A stretch of 64,000 nt of DNA from an uncultured Methanobrevibacter sp. (GCA_946408925.1 CAMJUE010000003.1:14628-78627), one strand, 5' to 3'; positions 20,822-31,777 are shown, counted from the stretch's first letter. Program-made: numbers and translations. The notes: generated by a model from the letters alone, not told the origin.

Positions 20822-21731
20822 AATGCTCATAACCTTCATTTTTAATTCTTTCGACAAAACCGTTTTCAAGTGTCAGTTCGACAACATCAGAACCGGTGAC
20901 TTCACCTATTACAATGCAATCAATCGGTAATTTCTCCAGATTGTCCTTTGATATTGTGAACAATAGCTCAAAGTCCTCTCCAACATGAAGAATTAAATCC
21001 AAATAATTTAAGTTTAGTTTTTCCGCCGTTGACTTGTAATTGCCGGTGATGCCAAGCATTTCCTCATAAATCATGAAGCCGAAACCGTCCTTTTTGATTG
21101 TGTAGAGTTCGCTTGCAAGCCCATCGGTGATGTCTGTGGCTGATGTGGCATAATCCTTTAATATTAATCCTTCTTTAATTCTTGCCAATGGCTTCAATGC
21201 CTTTTTGGTGTAGATGTTGTTTAAAGTCTCAATCTCGAATCCTAATGCCGCAAAACCGATTTCACCAGTGATGGCAATCAGATCTCCTTTGTTATAAGTG
21301 TCCTTCATCAGAGGATTATCCGAAGTTCCCAATGCCGTTCCGTTTATGATTATTTCAGACGCCTCGTTGGTGTCTCCTCCAATGAGAGGAATCTCATAAT
21401 ATTCACATGCTTTAAGGACTCCGTCGATTACCTGTTTAAACGAATCGACATCCAAATCCTTAGGTATTGCAATTGAAAGCAAAAATCCTAGAGGTTCAGC
21501 GCCCATTGCGGCAAGGTCGCTTACATTAACGGTGACTGACTTGAATCCCATGTCAAAATAGGACATGTTATCCGGAAAATGCCTTGACTGGATTAGCATG
21601 TCACATGTGGAAATCAGATTGGTGTCATTAAAATTTGTTATTGCGGTGTCATCGGGTGTGATATCCTTAGAATTGGCAATAATATATCTGACCAATTCCT
21701 TTTCACCAACATCTGAGACTTTCAATGTCAT
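20811..21731 (-). CDS. thiL: thiamine-monophosphate kinase
   Basis: GEKELV, DDTA, VNVSDLAAMGA, GGDTN, DITDGL, GEDFELLF. Confidence 0.93.
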   Translation of the reverse strand: MTLKVSDVGEKELVRYIIANSKDITPDDTAITNFNDTNLISTCDMLIQSRHFPDNMSYFDMGFKSVTVNVSDLAAMGAEPLGFLLSIAIPKDLDVDSFKQVIDGVLKACEYYEIPLIGGDTNEASEIIINGTALGTSDNPLMKDTYNKGDLIAITGEIGFAALGFEIETLNNIYTKKALKPLARIKEGLILKDYATSATDITDGLASELYTIKKDGFGFMIYEEMLGITGNYKSTAEKLNLNYLDLILHVGEDFELLFTISKDNLEKLPIDCIVIGEVTGSDVVELTLENGFVERIKNEGYEHYVS

Positions 21732-21795
21732 GAATATTAGTATTAATTTTAAATTAAATAAGTTTTAAGAAAAAAAAAGTAAAAAGTTTTCAGAA

Positions 21796-22299
21796 CTATA
21801 AGTGTTCTGAAACCCTGTCTTTAATGATATCGTAGAGACGTGGGTCAATTCCCAACGGGTCGGTCAGTACGATTTCACCGTCGAACTCGAAGCTTTCCTC
21901 ATCATGGTCATGATGGTGGTGATGATGGTGTCCGTGTCCGTGGTGGTCATGGTCATGCCCGTGGTCGTGTCCGTGATGGTGGTGATGATGACCACCGGAG
22001 ATTGATTCCGGATCAAAGTCGCTTTCTATACCAAGCAATCCCGGAATGTCCCTTTTGGTGTGAAGACCATGTGCTACAAATACTGGCACTACAATGATTT
22101 TATCCAAATCGTTTTCACTGGTTAATTTGTTTATTGTTTCAGGGATTCCTGGTTTTCTGATTTCCATAAATCCATATTCTACTGGAATGTCTGGAAATTC
22201 CTCTGCATACATTTCCTTATAAGCTTTAATTACTTCTTCACCATCATCCAATCTGGAACCGTGGCTTAAAAGTAAAATTCCTGTTTTTTTATCAGACAT
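21796..22299 (-). CDS. cfbA: sirohydrochlorin nickelo/cobalto-chelatase (CbiX-S/CfbA) with a His-rich loop
   Basis: HGSR, GFME, VPVFVAHGLHTKRDIP and a 21-His insertion. Confidence 0.8.
   Translation of the reverse strand: MSDKKTGILLLSHGSRLDDGEEVIKAYKEMYAEEFPDIPVEYGFMEIRKPGIPETINKLTSENDLDKIIVVPVFVAHGLHTKRDIPGLLGIESDFDPESISGGHHHHHHGHDHGHDHDHHGHGHHHHHHHDHDEESFEFDGEIVLTDPLGIDPRLYDIIKDRVSEHL
21904..21990 (-). repeat. His/Gly/Asp codon low-complexity repeat
   Basis: Runs of CAT/CAC/GGA/GAC codons encoding HHHHHHGHDHGHDHDHHGHGHHHHHHHDH. Confidence 0.8.
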
Positions 22300-22395
22300 G
22301 ATTATCTTCCATTAAATTAAGTTATAATTAAGTTTTAAGTTAAATTCAGTTAAGTTATCTTGAGAAAAAAATTTTTCAAAAAAATATATGAAAAA

Positions 22396-23301
22396 TTATA
22401 ATTTTTCATCCATCATACTGATTAGGATATCTATTAGAATATCATCGGCTTTTATTGGTTCAGGATAGAGTATTTCACCGTCAAAGTCCACAGGAGTCAG
22501 GTCATGGGAATGATCATGACCATGGGAGTGTCCGTGACCGTGTGAGTGTTCATGTTCCTCCAAAAATCCTAAAATGTGTGGAATGTCATGGGTTGTGTGC
22601 ATTCCGGGAGCGATAAATATCGGAACAACAACCAGTCTTTCCAAATCATTTTCATCAACAAGTTTATTGATTGATTCAGGTATGCTTGGACCGCACAATT
22701 CCATAAATCCGAAGCTGGATGGTAATTCGCAGGTTTTTTCAAATTTATTGTATAATTCAGTTGCGAATTTCTTGTTATAATGTAATCTGGAACCGTGAGT
22801 TACAAGTAAAATTCCGGTTTTGACATCTCCTAGTTTGGATTCAGCCAATGCTTCATCAATCCTTTTGTCAATTATATCCAATAGCTCATCTCTTGGTCCG
22901 ATTGAACCTAAAAGTTCGATTTCACCGTCAAAGTCAACATCATCTGCAATGGACAGGTAATGTTCTGGCGGATAGTTGCCGTCAGGACATCTCGGATCAA
23001 CTTCCAACGGTTCAAGACCTAATAATTGTGGAATGTCAATGTTAGTATGAATGCCTGGAGCCAAAAAGACAGGTAGAGCAATAATCTTTTTTAAATCATC
23101 CACTTCATCTTTAAGTATCTCCACTGCACCTGCAATTGTTGGTTCGGAAACTTTCATGTATCCGATTTCAGCTGCAAGGCCGGTTTTTTTGATGAATTTA
23201 TCTTTAATCTCAACAAATACCTCTTCTGCGTAAGGCAAGGTACTGCCGTGGCTTACGAGAATTACACCGGTACTATTTGATAACTTTGAATTTGTATCCA
23301 T
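22396..23301 (-). CDS. two-domain CbiX/CfbA-family chelatase
   Basis: Two HGS...G(Y/F)M...P(V/I)F.APG.HT..DIP domains. The second domain has a His-rich loop. Confidence 0.82.
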   Translation of the reverse strand: MDTNSKLSNSTGVILVSHGSTLPYAEEVFVEIKDKFIKKTGLAAEIGYMKVSEPTIAGAVEILKDEVDDLKKIIALPVFLAPGIHTNIDIPQLLGLEPLEVDPRCPDGNYPPEHYLSIADDVDFDGEIELLGSIGPRDELLDIIDKRIDEALAESKLGDVKTGILLVTHGSRLHYNKKFATELYNKFEKTCELPSSFGFMELCGPSIPESINKLVDENDLERLVVVPIFIAPGMHTTHDIPHILGFLEEHEHSHGHGHSHGHDHSHDLTPVDFDGEILYPEPIKADDILIDILISMMDEKL

Positions 23302-23671
23302 AGGAGATTACTCCGTCTTCTCCATCTTCTCTAACTCTTCTGAATACCATTTCGACATCGTCGCCGATTTCAAGGTTTTCAACATCACAATCTACCAATT
23401 GTGAGGTTAGTTTTGCACCTTCTTCAAGTTCAATAACAGCCACAGCATATGGTGCTGATTTTTTGAAGTCATCAGGTGCTGATCTGATTACTGAATAAGT
23501 GTAAATTTTACCTTTTCCTGAAAATTGGAAAGGTTCAAGGTCTCCTTTTCTTCTACAGTTAGGACAAACTACACGAGATGGGAAAAACAATTCACCACAA
23601 GTGTTACATTTAGAACCTATAAGATTATATCTTTGTTGAATATGACGCCATGTTCTTACAGTATCTGACAT
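23273..23671 (-). CDS. DUF35 Zn-ribbon/OB-fold protein (thiolase/HMG-CoA synthase scaffold family)
   Basis: CNTC...CPNC, GKIYTYS, PY.VAVIELEEG, YGYKF. Confidence 0.85.
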   Translation of the reverse strand: MSDTVRTWRHIQQRYNLIGSKCNTCGELFFPSRVVCPNCRRKGDLEPFQFSGKGKIYTYSVIRSAPDDFKKSAPYAVAVIELEEGAKLTSQLVDCDVENLEIGDDVEMVFRRVREDGEDGVISYGYKFKVIK

Positions 23672-23954
23672 GTAATGCCTCCATAATTTTCAATAAGTAT
23701 AATTTATCCGCAATAATATAAATAAGTATTGAAAGTATTAACTAAATCGCTCTTTTTTGAAAAAAGTATTAATTATTTAATTAGATAATAGCCATGATGC
23801 AAAATATGAAATCACAATATTAACATGAAAATAACACCGCCACAATATTGCATTGAACCTATAAAGGATTATATGATGAAATTTCACTTTTACACAAAAT
23901 CATAAAGTCGCACTTCAACAATTAATTTATAAACTGCAGTTTAAATTTTTAAAA

Positions 23955-24908
23955 ATGAAAAGAAAAAAACTAGACTCAAAAGGAAATATAATCGTTGGAA
24001 CAACTGCAATTCTGATTGTTGCATTATTGTTAATATGCATTTTTGTTGTAACCACAATTAATTTCATTCATGATTCTAATATTGAAAGTACGGCAAATGA
24101 TAATTTCAAATACATCATTGAAGACTATTCAAGGAATTTGGAAGTGCTTGGAAGGGATTCAATTGCTGAGGCAACCCAAAAGGTTTACAATGGACTGCCT
24201 GTTCATGACAGTGAAGACCAAATCAAGAAGAATCTGGCCAAGCGTTTAAGTGAAAAAAATGAGGAATACAAAAAGAAGTATGATATTGACCTTACCTCAG
24301 AGCCTTTATCGGTTGAACCGACCGATTCACCATGGAAAATATTGTTCAAAGTCAAACTGAATGGAAAAAAGGATGGTGAGATGTTTTCACAGATTGTTGA
24401 AAGCAACTCTTCGATTGAGGGTCTAAGAGATCCGCTTCCTGTTGCAAAGCTTACAATAGCATCAGGAATTATGGCATATGATGATAAGATTCATTACAAA
24501 ACTGCCCTGTCGGCATACATGCTCCTGCATAATTTTGATTCACCCGAATCATATATTGAAGCTACAGCACCCCTAACAATGAAAAAATGTCCTTATGACC
24601 CTTATGTTCATCATGGCGACCCCAATGTCTTAAGGGATTGTCTTGACACAGGTTATTTTCATGAAAGCGCTGACGGAAGCTGTTATTTATGCAGACTGGA
24701 AGGCAAGGGTAAATGTCCTCATTACGGTATGGAAGTCTTTATACAGACACATACACCATTGGGCAATGAATCGCTGTCATGTTCTGATCATGTGGTGTTT
24801 GCCGACCATTACAATGGCCAGAAAATTGATCCCGATGACTGGGACAGTCTGATTTTGGATTCTTCACACAGAAAAAAATACGGGTTGAGTGGAAATGAGA
24901 GTTATTGA
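23955..24908 (+). CDS. pilin-like (class III signal peptide) protein with a Cys/His-rich C-terminus
   Basis: MKRKKLDSKG followed by a hydrophobic helix, SIEGLRDP, CPYDPY.HH, GYFHES.DG.CYLCRLEG. Confidence 0.6.
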   Translation: MKRKKLDSKGNIIVGTTAILIVALLLICIFVVTTINFIHDSNIESTANDNFKYIIEDYSRNLEVLGRDSIAEATQKVYNGLPVHDSEDQIKKNLAKRLSEKNEEYKKKYDIDLTSEPLSVEPTDSPWKILFKVKLNGKKDGEMFSQIVESNSSIEGLRDPLPVAKLTIASGIMAYDDKIHYKTALSAYMLLHNFDSPESYIEATAPLTMKKCPYDPYVHHGDPNVLRDCLDTGYFHESADGSCYLCRLEGKGKCPHYGMEVFIQTHTPLGNESLSCSDHVVFADHYNGQKIDPDDWDSLILDSSHRKKYGLSGNESY

Positions 24909-25746
24909 AATCGGCATAATTCTTGTAATACTTTTAGTAATCTTCGGCGTGATTTTAACATCAGTTGAAAACACGTCTGAAAAGGTTATAAGTGAAGTTG
25001 AAGCCAACAATATGGAAAAATTGGTCTCGGAAGTGGTGGACAATCTAATCAATAATCCCGGTGTTCCGGATAACTGGAATGAATATGGAAAAGGAACTCC
25101 CGGCCTTGCAATTGTTAATGATGGCGGTAAAACCGTTCCCAACAGTGTCTCATATGCAAAACTGACTGCACTTGGAAATGACTATAAAAAATTAGTATAT
25201 GAAAGATTATTATCATCAAAAGTGCACACATCAATTGAACTGATTCCCCAAGAGAGCAGTATTTCAAGTGTAAAAATTGGTGAAAATAAGATTGGAGAGG
25301 AAATATTTTCGCTGACAAGGATTGTTAAATGCGATTTTTACAAAAGTTATGTCTTAAAGGACTTTCAAAATGAAGGAAAATGCAATAAGCATCACCCGCA
25401 GGATGAATACAGCTGTAATTACTTTAAAATCTTTAAGGGAAATGTGAAAAAATCTGATTATTATCTGCTGATTGATGACAGCGCAACATATGATTTAAAA
25501 TATATCGTTGACACCACAAGAGTTGTAAAGGCAAAGCCCTGGAAGACAAGCATATCGGATACGATTTATTTAAATAACGAAATTGAGTTTTATGATGATA
25601 CCAGTGCAATTGTATTCGTTCATCTGGACAATCCAGATGCCAAAGCGGTGCTCGTTAGCGTTCCTAAAAATTTCAACAAGGAATTTCTGAATTATGATTA
25701 TTTCAGGACAAACGAGTGTCAGCTGATTTTTAAGGCATGGTATTAG
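24889..25746 (+). CDS. pilin-like membrane-anchored hypothetical protein
   Basis: N-terminal helix with EIGIILV and an LINNPGVPDNW...GLA motif seen in archaeal pilus-associated proteins. Overlaps the upstream gene. Confidence 0.55.
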   Translation: MEMRVIEIGIILVILLVIFGVILTSVENTSEKVISEVEANNMEKLVSEVVDNLINNPGVPDNWNEYGKGTPGLAIVNDGGKTVPNSVSYAKLTALGNDYKKLVYERLLSSKVHTSIELIPQESSISSVKIGENKIGEEIFSLTRIVKCDFYKSYVLKDFQNEGKCNKHHPQDEYSCNYFKIFKGNVKKSDYYLLIDDSATYDLKYIVDTTRVVKAKPWKTSISDTIYLNNEIEFYDDTSAIVFVHLDNPDAKAVLVSVPKNFNKEFLNYDYFRTNECQLIFKAWY

Positions 25747-25779
25747 AAAAAATAGTTAATAATTTCTATTTTTATCATG

Positions 25780-27054
25780 CTAAATTAAAACGCCCAATAA
25801 AAGCAAGGAAACTGAAATCAGTATCAGACTTGAAATGGAATCGGTAATGCTTGTGGAAATTGGAATCACAATATTGTCAGGGTCAAGATTGTTGTTGTAT
25901 GATGTTACTGAAACATAATAAACAATTATAACCATTATTGTAACCAGAATTACACCTGATAATGTTGATATTTCAAGAATCTTATCAAATCCGACACCAA
26001 CCACGCCTAAGGCAAATGATGATCCTTCAGCCAAAAGGCCTATCAATGGGAATACAATTAGTGCTAGAATAAAGCTTATGATGAAGTTATGAACTGACTC
26101 GCCCTGTGGCCTTTTGAATGGCTCTATCAAACCTGAGTGAAGACCGGATGATAATCTTGCACCAAGAATACTTATCAAGCTTCCGCATTCACCTGAAAAT
26201 AGTGGCAGCAATGTTAAAAGACTTGGATTGGTGAGCAGTGTTTCAACTGCTGAATTCAATATTCCGCCTGCAGCCCCGCCTAAAAATGAGCATAAAAGCA
26301 GTACTGGAGTGGACTGTTTTAAAATAGTATTTGTCTCGTCAGACAAACGATAGCAGTAAATAAAGCTTGCAATAACTGCAATTAAAATAACTATTAAAAC
26401 ACTGTCTTTAAAGATTATGCTGAAGTCCATCGTATGGAGGATAAACACAGACAATATTATAGCAGGCAAAGTGAACAGGTCTCCGAATGCGGCAATGATT
26501 GGACTTGTGATGTTATCCGGATCCCAGCCATGTTCAAAACTTTTAAATGATACAAACATTGTGATTGGAAGCATTATAAGATTTGAAATTACACCTGCAA
26601 TCACGCTTACCAATATAAAATCAATCAGATCCATTGATGGCTGGTGAAGTATAATACATAATACCTTGGCAATGATTGCCAAAAATAATGATAAAACCAG
26701 TGTCAAAACAAATGAGGAAAATATATTATAGTTCAATTGTTCTGAAAACTCGAATTTTGGTGATATTATACCGATGTGCAGGTTGGTTGACAGCCTTGAA
26801 GCAAATGATCCGAAAATGTTTCCTCTCATTCCTATTGCTCCTGGAATAATTACCAGCAATCCCGGGAATGCTTCAAGGAAAAAGGTCATTTTTCCTAAAA
26901 TAACGCCAGCGAATAAATCGCCTATGGCACAAATCAGCAAGGCTATAAGGCTTTCTTTTATAACGGAACTATGTTCTGATACAAAATCAGGAAATGTTGA
27001 AAATACAGATAGTGAACTGCGAATCTTCTTCTGTTGTTCTGTCACAAATATCAC
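25780..27054 (-). CDS. MgtE-like (SLC41) divalent cation transporter, duplicated membrane domain
   Basis: GMRGNIFG...SRLST, GWDPDNITSP....GD, and a second LDPDNIVIP....TD. Confidence 0.85.
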   Translation of the reverse strand: MIFVTEQQKKIRSSLSVFSTFPDFVSEHSSVIKESLIALLICAIGDLFAGVILGKMTFFLEAFPGLLVIIPGAIGMRGNIFGSFASRLSTNLHIGIISPKFEFSEQLNYNIFSSFVLTLVLSLFLAIIAKVLCIILHQPSMDLIDFILVSVIAGVISNLIMLPITMFVSFKSFEHGWDPDNITSPIIAAFGDLFTLPAIILSVFILHTMDFSIIFKDSVLIVILIAVIASFIYCYRLSDETNTILKQSTPVLLLCSFLGGAAGGILNSAVETLLTNPSLLTLLPLFSGECGSLISILGARLSSGLHSGLIEPFKRPQGESVHNFIISFILALIVFPLIGLLAEGSSFALGVVGVGFDKILEISTLSGVILVTIMVIIVYYVSVTSYNNNLDPDNIVIPISTSITDSISSLILISVSLLLLGVLI

Positions 27055-27078
27055 TACCTAATATCATTTTAATCAACT

Positions 27079-27678
27079 CTAATCTTCGTCTTCTAATTCT
27101 TCCGGAATATCTTCAAGTGAACAAGCTCCTGCCGCCAGTTTTTCAAGCAGGTCTGCACCTTCATCTGTTCCTTTTAAAATCAATGTGTCATCGGCCAATA
27201 ATGTTGTATGCTTATCCGGACCGTAAATCCAGGATACCCCTCTTCTGATTGCAATTACTCTCATACCTGTACGGTTTACCAGGAGTAAATCTCCTAATGT
27301 ATTGTTTGCCAAATCAGAATTTTCATCAATTTTAACTCTTACAATACTCTTATCAGATTCTTCCATAACCATTTTAAATACTGGGTGTGGTTTAAATCCG
27401 GTTATTACCAAATCAGCTAAATCTTTAGCAGCATTAGCTATACTTTCTGCAGCTTCTGCAATTTCCAAAAGTGCAGTTAATTTTTCGGCATCTTCATATG
27501 ATCGTGCAGCCACCAACGATTCCTTTTTGATTTCATAATTCATGGAGTTAACTTCATTTTCCAGTGCTATGACTTCTTCGGCTGCGGCTTTACTGTTGAA
27601 CAAAATTGCTGAATAAGCCAAATCAACCATTAACTCCGACATATTTTTCATTTCTATTAAAAGATTTTTGATTGACAA
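27079..27678 (-). CDS. PhoU-like/TrkA-C (RCK_C) domain protein
   Basis: [30 protein letters not shown]. Typically paired with the MgtE-like gene. Confidence 0.8.
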   Translation of the reverse strand: MSIKNLLIEMKNMSELMVDLAYSAILFNSKAAAEEVIALENEVNSMNYEIKKESLVAARSYEDAEKLTALLEIAEAAESIANAAKDLADLVITGFKPHPVFKMVMEESDKSIVRVKIDENSDLANNTLGDLLLVNRTGMRVIAIRRGVSWIYGPDKHTTLLADDTLILKGTDEGADLLEKLAAGACSLEDIPEELEDED

Positions 27679-27689
27679 TTGTAAGTCTC

Positions 27690-28763
27690 CTAAAGATCAT
27701 TTGGATTAGTTTTTAATAAACATGCTTTTCTAAGCTTTAATAAAGTTTTTTTCTTGGTTTTTAAATCATCAACTTCATCAAGGATATTTTCTAAAGGTTC
27801 TCTTAGGTATTCAACTGTCTCTTTTTCGTGTAGCCAGTGACAGTTTGTACAGTTCCAAACTCCCTTACCTTTAATCCATTCCCCGCCTGTTGCTGAATCT
27901 CCACATGGATAAAATGGACAGTAACATAAATCGCAGTACTGACCATCAAAGTGACACGGGTAAAATTCACATTCCCTATTTGGTCCATGTGCTATTTCAC
28001 CATTTAAAAATTTTTCATAGTGATTTTGTGATAATGGATGAATCCTGGACCTAATAACATATCCTCTTGGAGTTATTAGATTGCCATCCTGAATGTATGT
28101 AATGTCATTTCCCACAATTAAAGTGCATGACATGTTGACCATATCTTCTGTTAAATCCTTGATTTTAAGAATTGTAGTTTTTGGAACTTCATAACTACTG
28201 TCAACAATACCTATCAGTGAATCCTCACCTTTAATGTCCAAAACGCATTCTTTAAATCTCCTGAAAGGTTCTTTACGTGTTTTACTAATTGGGTTATATA
28301 TTGCAACTATTAAATTTGCTTCAAGTGCATATCTTAATTTCTTTTCAATTTCTGATAAGGGGGTTAAAATATTGCTTAAGCTTATTGCGGCAAAATCATG
28401 TAAAGGAGCGCCCAAATGACTTGACGCATAGTTCAGCGCTGAAACTCCAGGATAAACATTTATTTCAACATTTTCATATTTGCTTACTATCTGATATAAG
28501 ACATTTGCCATTCCAAAGACCCCAGGATCTCCGGAACTGACTAAGGAAACGGTTTTACCTTCCTGACTTCTTTCAATGGCATATTCTGCTCTGGCTATTT
28601 CATCGCCCATGCCTTTTTTAACTATTTCTTTACCTTCTGTCAAGTCTTCAATTTGGTTAATGTATTTCTTATAACCAATTATGACATCAGACTCTTCAAT
28701 AGCCTTTAAGGCTCCTAAAGTCATGTTTTCTCGGTTTTGACCTATTCCAATTACATTTATCAT
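27690..28763 (-). CDS. cbiH: precorrin-3B C17-methyltransferase with a C-terminal Cys-rich small domain
   Basis: [32 protein letters not shown]. Tail CEFYPCH...[11 protein letters not shown]...WNCTNCHW. Confidence 0.88.
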   Translation of the reverse strand: MINVIGIGQNRENMTLGALKAIEESDVIIGYKKYINQIEDLTEGKEIVKKGMGDEIARAEYAIERSQEGKTVSLVSSGDPGVFGMANVLYQIVSKYENVEINVYPGVSALNYASSHLGAPLHDFAAISLSNILTPLSEIEKKLRYALEANLIVAIYNPISKTRKEPFRRFKECVLDIKGEDSLIGIVDSSYEVPKTTILKIKDLTEDMVNMSCTLIVGNDITYIQDGNLITPRGYVIRSRIHPLSQNHYEKFLNGEIAHGPNRECEFYPCHFDGQYCDLCYCPFYPCGDSATGGEWIKGKGVWNCTNCHWLHEKETVEYLREPLENILDEVDDLKTKKKTLLKLRKACLLKTNPNDL

Positions 28764-28771
28764 TAATATCC

Positions 28772-29269
28772 CTAGTACAATTTTAAAACAGAATTTATGG
28801 TAACTGTATTTTCATCCACTCTCAAACCGTTTTCTTTGTAACTGGCCTGACCCGTTGCTATCACTTTAAATGATGGGTTTTGACTAATTACAATTTGGCC
28901 TGATGTGGAATTAGGTGAAGCATATCCTAAAGCTTCAATGTTTACTGTGAAATTCTTGTTTTCAGTATCTTCATATGTTGTTATATTCATTGAATCCACA
29001 TTTACTCCATCCACTTTCGACAGGTTCTCCATCTTAAGTGCTACCTCTTTTTTATTTGAAATATTTACAGGAGTTGGGTCTTTAATCAAAACGTCATTTA
29101 CCTTTTCAGGATTAAGCATCTCCTGGATTTTAGAAACCTGCATATCAATCAACCCCTGAACGTTAGGAGCTTCGGCGGTAACAATAGTATATGAACTAAA
29201 AAGACCTAATTCAAAAAATACAATAAATAAAACTATTATTAATACAATTCTTAGTATTTTATTCGCCAT
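28772..29269 (-). CDS. membrane-anchored hypothetical protein
   Basis: N-terminal TM helix. First gene of a co-directional cluster. Confidence 0.65.
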   Translation of the reverse strand: MANKILRIVLIIVLFIVFFELGLFSSYTIVTAEAPNVQGLIDMQVSKIQEMLNPEKVNDVLIKDPTPVNISNKKEVALKMENLSKVDGVNVDSMNITTYEDTENKNFTVNIEALGYASPNSTSGQIVISQNPSFKVIATGQASYKENGLRVDENTVTINSVLKLY

Positions 29270-29428
29270 TTTATCACAATCATGAAATCTTTTTAAATAG
29301 ATTATATAATATGTTAAAGTTTATTTTTAATATATAATAAATCTAACTCAAATCAACATGTTAAAATCAATATTTACTTTTAAAATTCTCAAAGTTTATT
29401 AACATAGAAAAATAAATTTTTTAACAAT

Positions 29429-31195
29429 ATGTCAACTAATAAAATTCTATTGAAATTTGCAAAAAAAGGGATTAACCTATCACCTGAAGCTTATGAAAGA
29501 GTCATTAATGCAGATAATCCTACAGATTTTGCATCTAATTTAATAGTAAAATTAAAAAGCGATAAATTTACTTCAAAGGATTTAGTTTCCGTAAGCGGCG
29601 ATACCGTTGACGAACTAACCGGCAATAAATCAGCACCCCAAAACGACAATCAGGACACTTTAGTCAAGCCTAGTGAACCTGAAATCAAAAGAAAAACTCA
29701 AAAATCAACTGATAAAGCACCACAACCACAGAAAATAAAAACACAAAAAGGAATTGATAAAAAAACACCACAGACACCTAAAAGCATTGATAATAATGCC
29801 GCCAGGACAAAGGCGAATAAACAAACAGCGCAAACTAAAAAGCCACTGTCAATTGATAACCTTAAAAAAGACAGTGACAAACCTGAAACCTATGTTAATG
29901 AAGCCATAAAGAAAGCTTCTGAAACTATTAAGGATACAAACATAAAATTCAAGCGTAATGAACAGAAAATCAATGTCGAATACAACTTTGAAATCATCCA
30001 GGATACAAGTAAAAAGTCATACACAAGCGGTGAGATAGAAAACCTGATTGCATACTTTAAAAGCAGATATGAAAAACTGGCCAACATCCTTTCCAAAAGG
30101 CCGGAGCTTAGAAATTTCACAAAAATTGCAGATATAGATGACGGAATGGAAAGCCTGAGTTTGATCTTAATGGTTCGTGAAATAAGAACAAGTAAAAACG
30201 GTCATAAAATTGTGGAATTTGAAGATGATACCGGCAATATTTCCGTTTTATTCTCACACAACAATGATGAACTCTTCAGGGAGGCTGAAAAACTCGTCAA
30301 GGATGAAGTTGTCGGAGTTATTGCAAACAAAAGTGACGATCCGGGTTTTGCATTTGGTCAGCAAATTATCAATCCTGGAGTGTTAAGGGTTCCCGACAAG
30401 GAAATGGATTTTGGAATCGTGTTTTTATCTGATGTGCACATCGGAAGTTTAACTTTCCTTGAAGATGCATTCCAAAGATTTATAGATTGGATAAACTGTG
30501 AAGCGGGCGATGAAGAACAGAGAAGAGTTGCAGAGGATGTCAAGTATTTAATTATAGGTGGAGATATTGTGGACGGTATTGGAGTATATCCAAACCAGGA
30601 CAAGGAGCTTGCAATCAAAGACATTACCGAACAGTACAATGAAGCCGCAAGGTTTTTAGGAAATATCCGCAGCGACATTAAAATTATTATTGCTCCCGGA
30701 AACCACGATGCATCAAGAGTTGCAGAACCTCAGCCAGCCGTACCTGAGGAATATGCAAAGGCACTGTATGAACTCGACAATGTGGAATTCATATCAAATC
30801 CGGGTGTTGTGTCACTTGACGGAATTAATGTCCTTATTTATCACGGACGTAGTTTTGACGACATGGTGATGGCAGTTAAAGACTTTGAATATGAAAAAAG
30901 CGATGTTATAATGGAAGAATTATTAAAGAAAAGACATTTAGCTCCTTTATATGGTGAAAGAACACCTCTTGCATCAGAACTTGAAGATTATCTTGTGATT
31001 GATGAGGTGCCTGATGTTTTCCATACAGGCCATATTCACATTAACAGTTACAGAAGATTTAAAGGTGTTCATATGATCAATTCAGGTACTTTTCAGACTC
31101 AGACAGAGTTTCAGAAAATTTATAACATTAATCCTACACCTGCTGAAGTTCCTGTACTTCATAAAGGTAAATACAGACATTTCAAATTCTTGTAG
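29429..31195 (+). CDS. polB: DNA polymerase D small (proofreading exonuclease, DP1) subunit
   Basis: OB fold (EDDTG) and calcineurin-like motifs [40 protein letters not shown]. Confidence 0.93.
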   Translation: MSTNKILLKFAKKGINLSPEAYERVINADNPTDFASNLIVKLKSDKFTSKDLVSVSGDTVDELTGNKSAPQNDNQDTLVKPSEPEIKRKTQKSTDKAPQPQKIKTQKGIDKKTPQTPKSIDNNAARTKANKQTAQTKKPLSIDNLKKDSDKPETYVNEAIKKASETIKDTNIKFKRNEQKINVEYNFEIIQDTSKKSYTSGEIENLIAYFKSRYEKLANILSKRPELRNFTKIADIDDGMESLSLILMVREIRTSKNGHKIVEFEDDTGNISVLFSHNNDELFREAEKLVKDEVVGVIANKSDDPGFAFGQQIINPGVLRVPDKEMDFGIVFLSDVHIGSLTFLEDAFQRFIDWINCEAGDEEQRRVAEDVKYLIIGGDIVDGIGVYPNQDKELAIKDITEQYNEAARFLGNIRSDIKIIIAPGNHDASRVAEPQPAVPEEYAKALYELDNVEFISNPGVVSLDGINVLIYHGRSFDDMVMAVKDFEYEKSDVIMEELLKKRHLAPLYGERTPLASELEDYLVIDEVPDVFHTGHIHINSYRRFKGVHMINSGTFQTQTEFQKIYNINPTPAEVPVLHKGKYRHFKFL

Positions 31196-31207
31196 AGAGG
31201 TAATTAT

Positions 31208-31777
31208 ATGAAAAAAAATGTAAGTGAAATTATTGACGTTTCTAATGAAATTTATGACAAAGGTTTGGTTTCTGGAAAATCAGGAAACATCAGTGCCAGG
31301 TTTGGCAATGTAGTGGCGATCACTCCCACATTAAAATCACTCTCACAGCTCAATGAGGAAGATATCGTTTTAGTTGATTTTAAAGGTAATGTTTTAACAA
31401 AGGGAAATCCCTCATCAGAGGTGAACATGCACCTTGAAATCTACAAAAAAAGACCTGATGTTAATGCCATTGTGCACACACACTCTCCTTATGCTACTGG
31501 TTTTGCTTTTTCAAACAAAAAATTAAAAAGACTTGAAGGTTTTGGACCTATTAATAACCCTTATTTAAGTTTCATAGAATACGAAAAGCCTGGAAGTGAC
31601 GAACTTGCAAAAAACGCAAGCGAAGGTCTTGGACAGGAAGATGTGCTGATATTAAAAAATCATGGTGTGATTTGTGTCGGTGACTGTTTAAAAGAAGCTA
31701 TGTTACTTGCAGTATTTGTTGAGGAAACTGCAAAAACCCAGTTTGTTTCTTTAATGTTAAATTCAGTTGAAGATTAG
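31208..31777 (+). CDS. fucA: class II aldolase/adducin family (L-fuculose-phosphate aldolase-like)
   Basis: SGNIS, PSSEVNMH, VHTHSPYA, LKNHGV. Confidence 0.8.
   Translation: MKKNVSEIIDVSNEIYDKGLVSGKSGNISARFGNVVAITPTLKSLSQLNEEDIVLVDFKGNVLTKGNPSSEVNMHLEIYKKRPDVNAIVHTHSPYATGFAFSNKKLKRLEGFGPINNPYLSFIEYEKPGSDELAKNASEGLGQEDVLILKNHGVICVGDCLKEAMLLAVFVEETAKTQFVSLMLNSVED

Noticed and set aside
21904-21990. GC-rich repetitive stretch as foreign DNA or a structural RNA
   Set aside because: Fully explained by His/Gly/Asp codons in the chelatase loop.
23672-23954. Possible small gene or remnant in the DUF35/pilin-like divergent gap
   Set aside because: The frames I read contain early stops and have no convincing start or RBS. 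Repeated AAGTAT words are too short to support a call.
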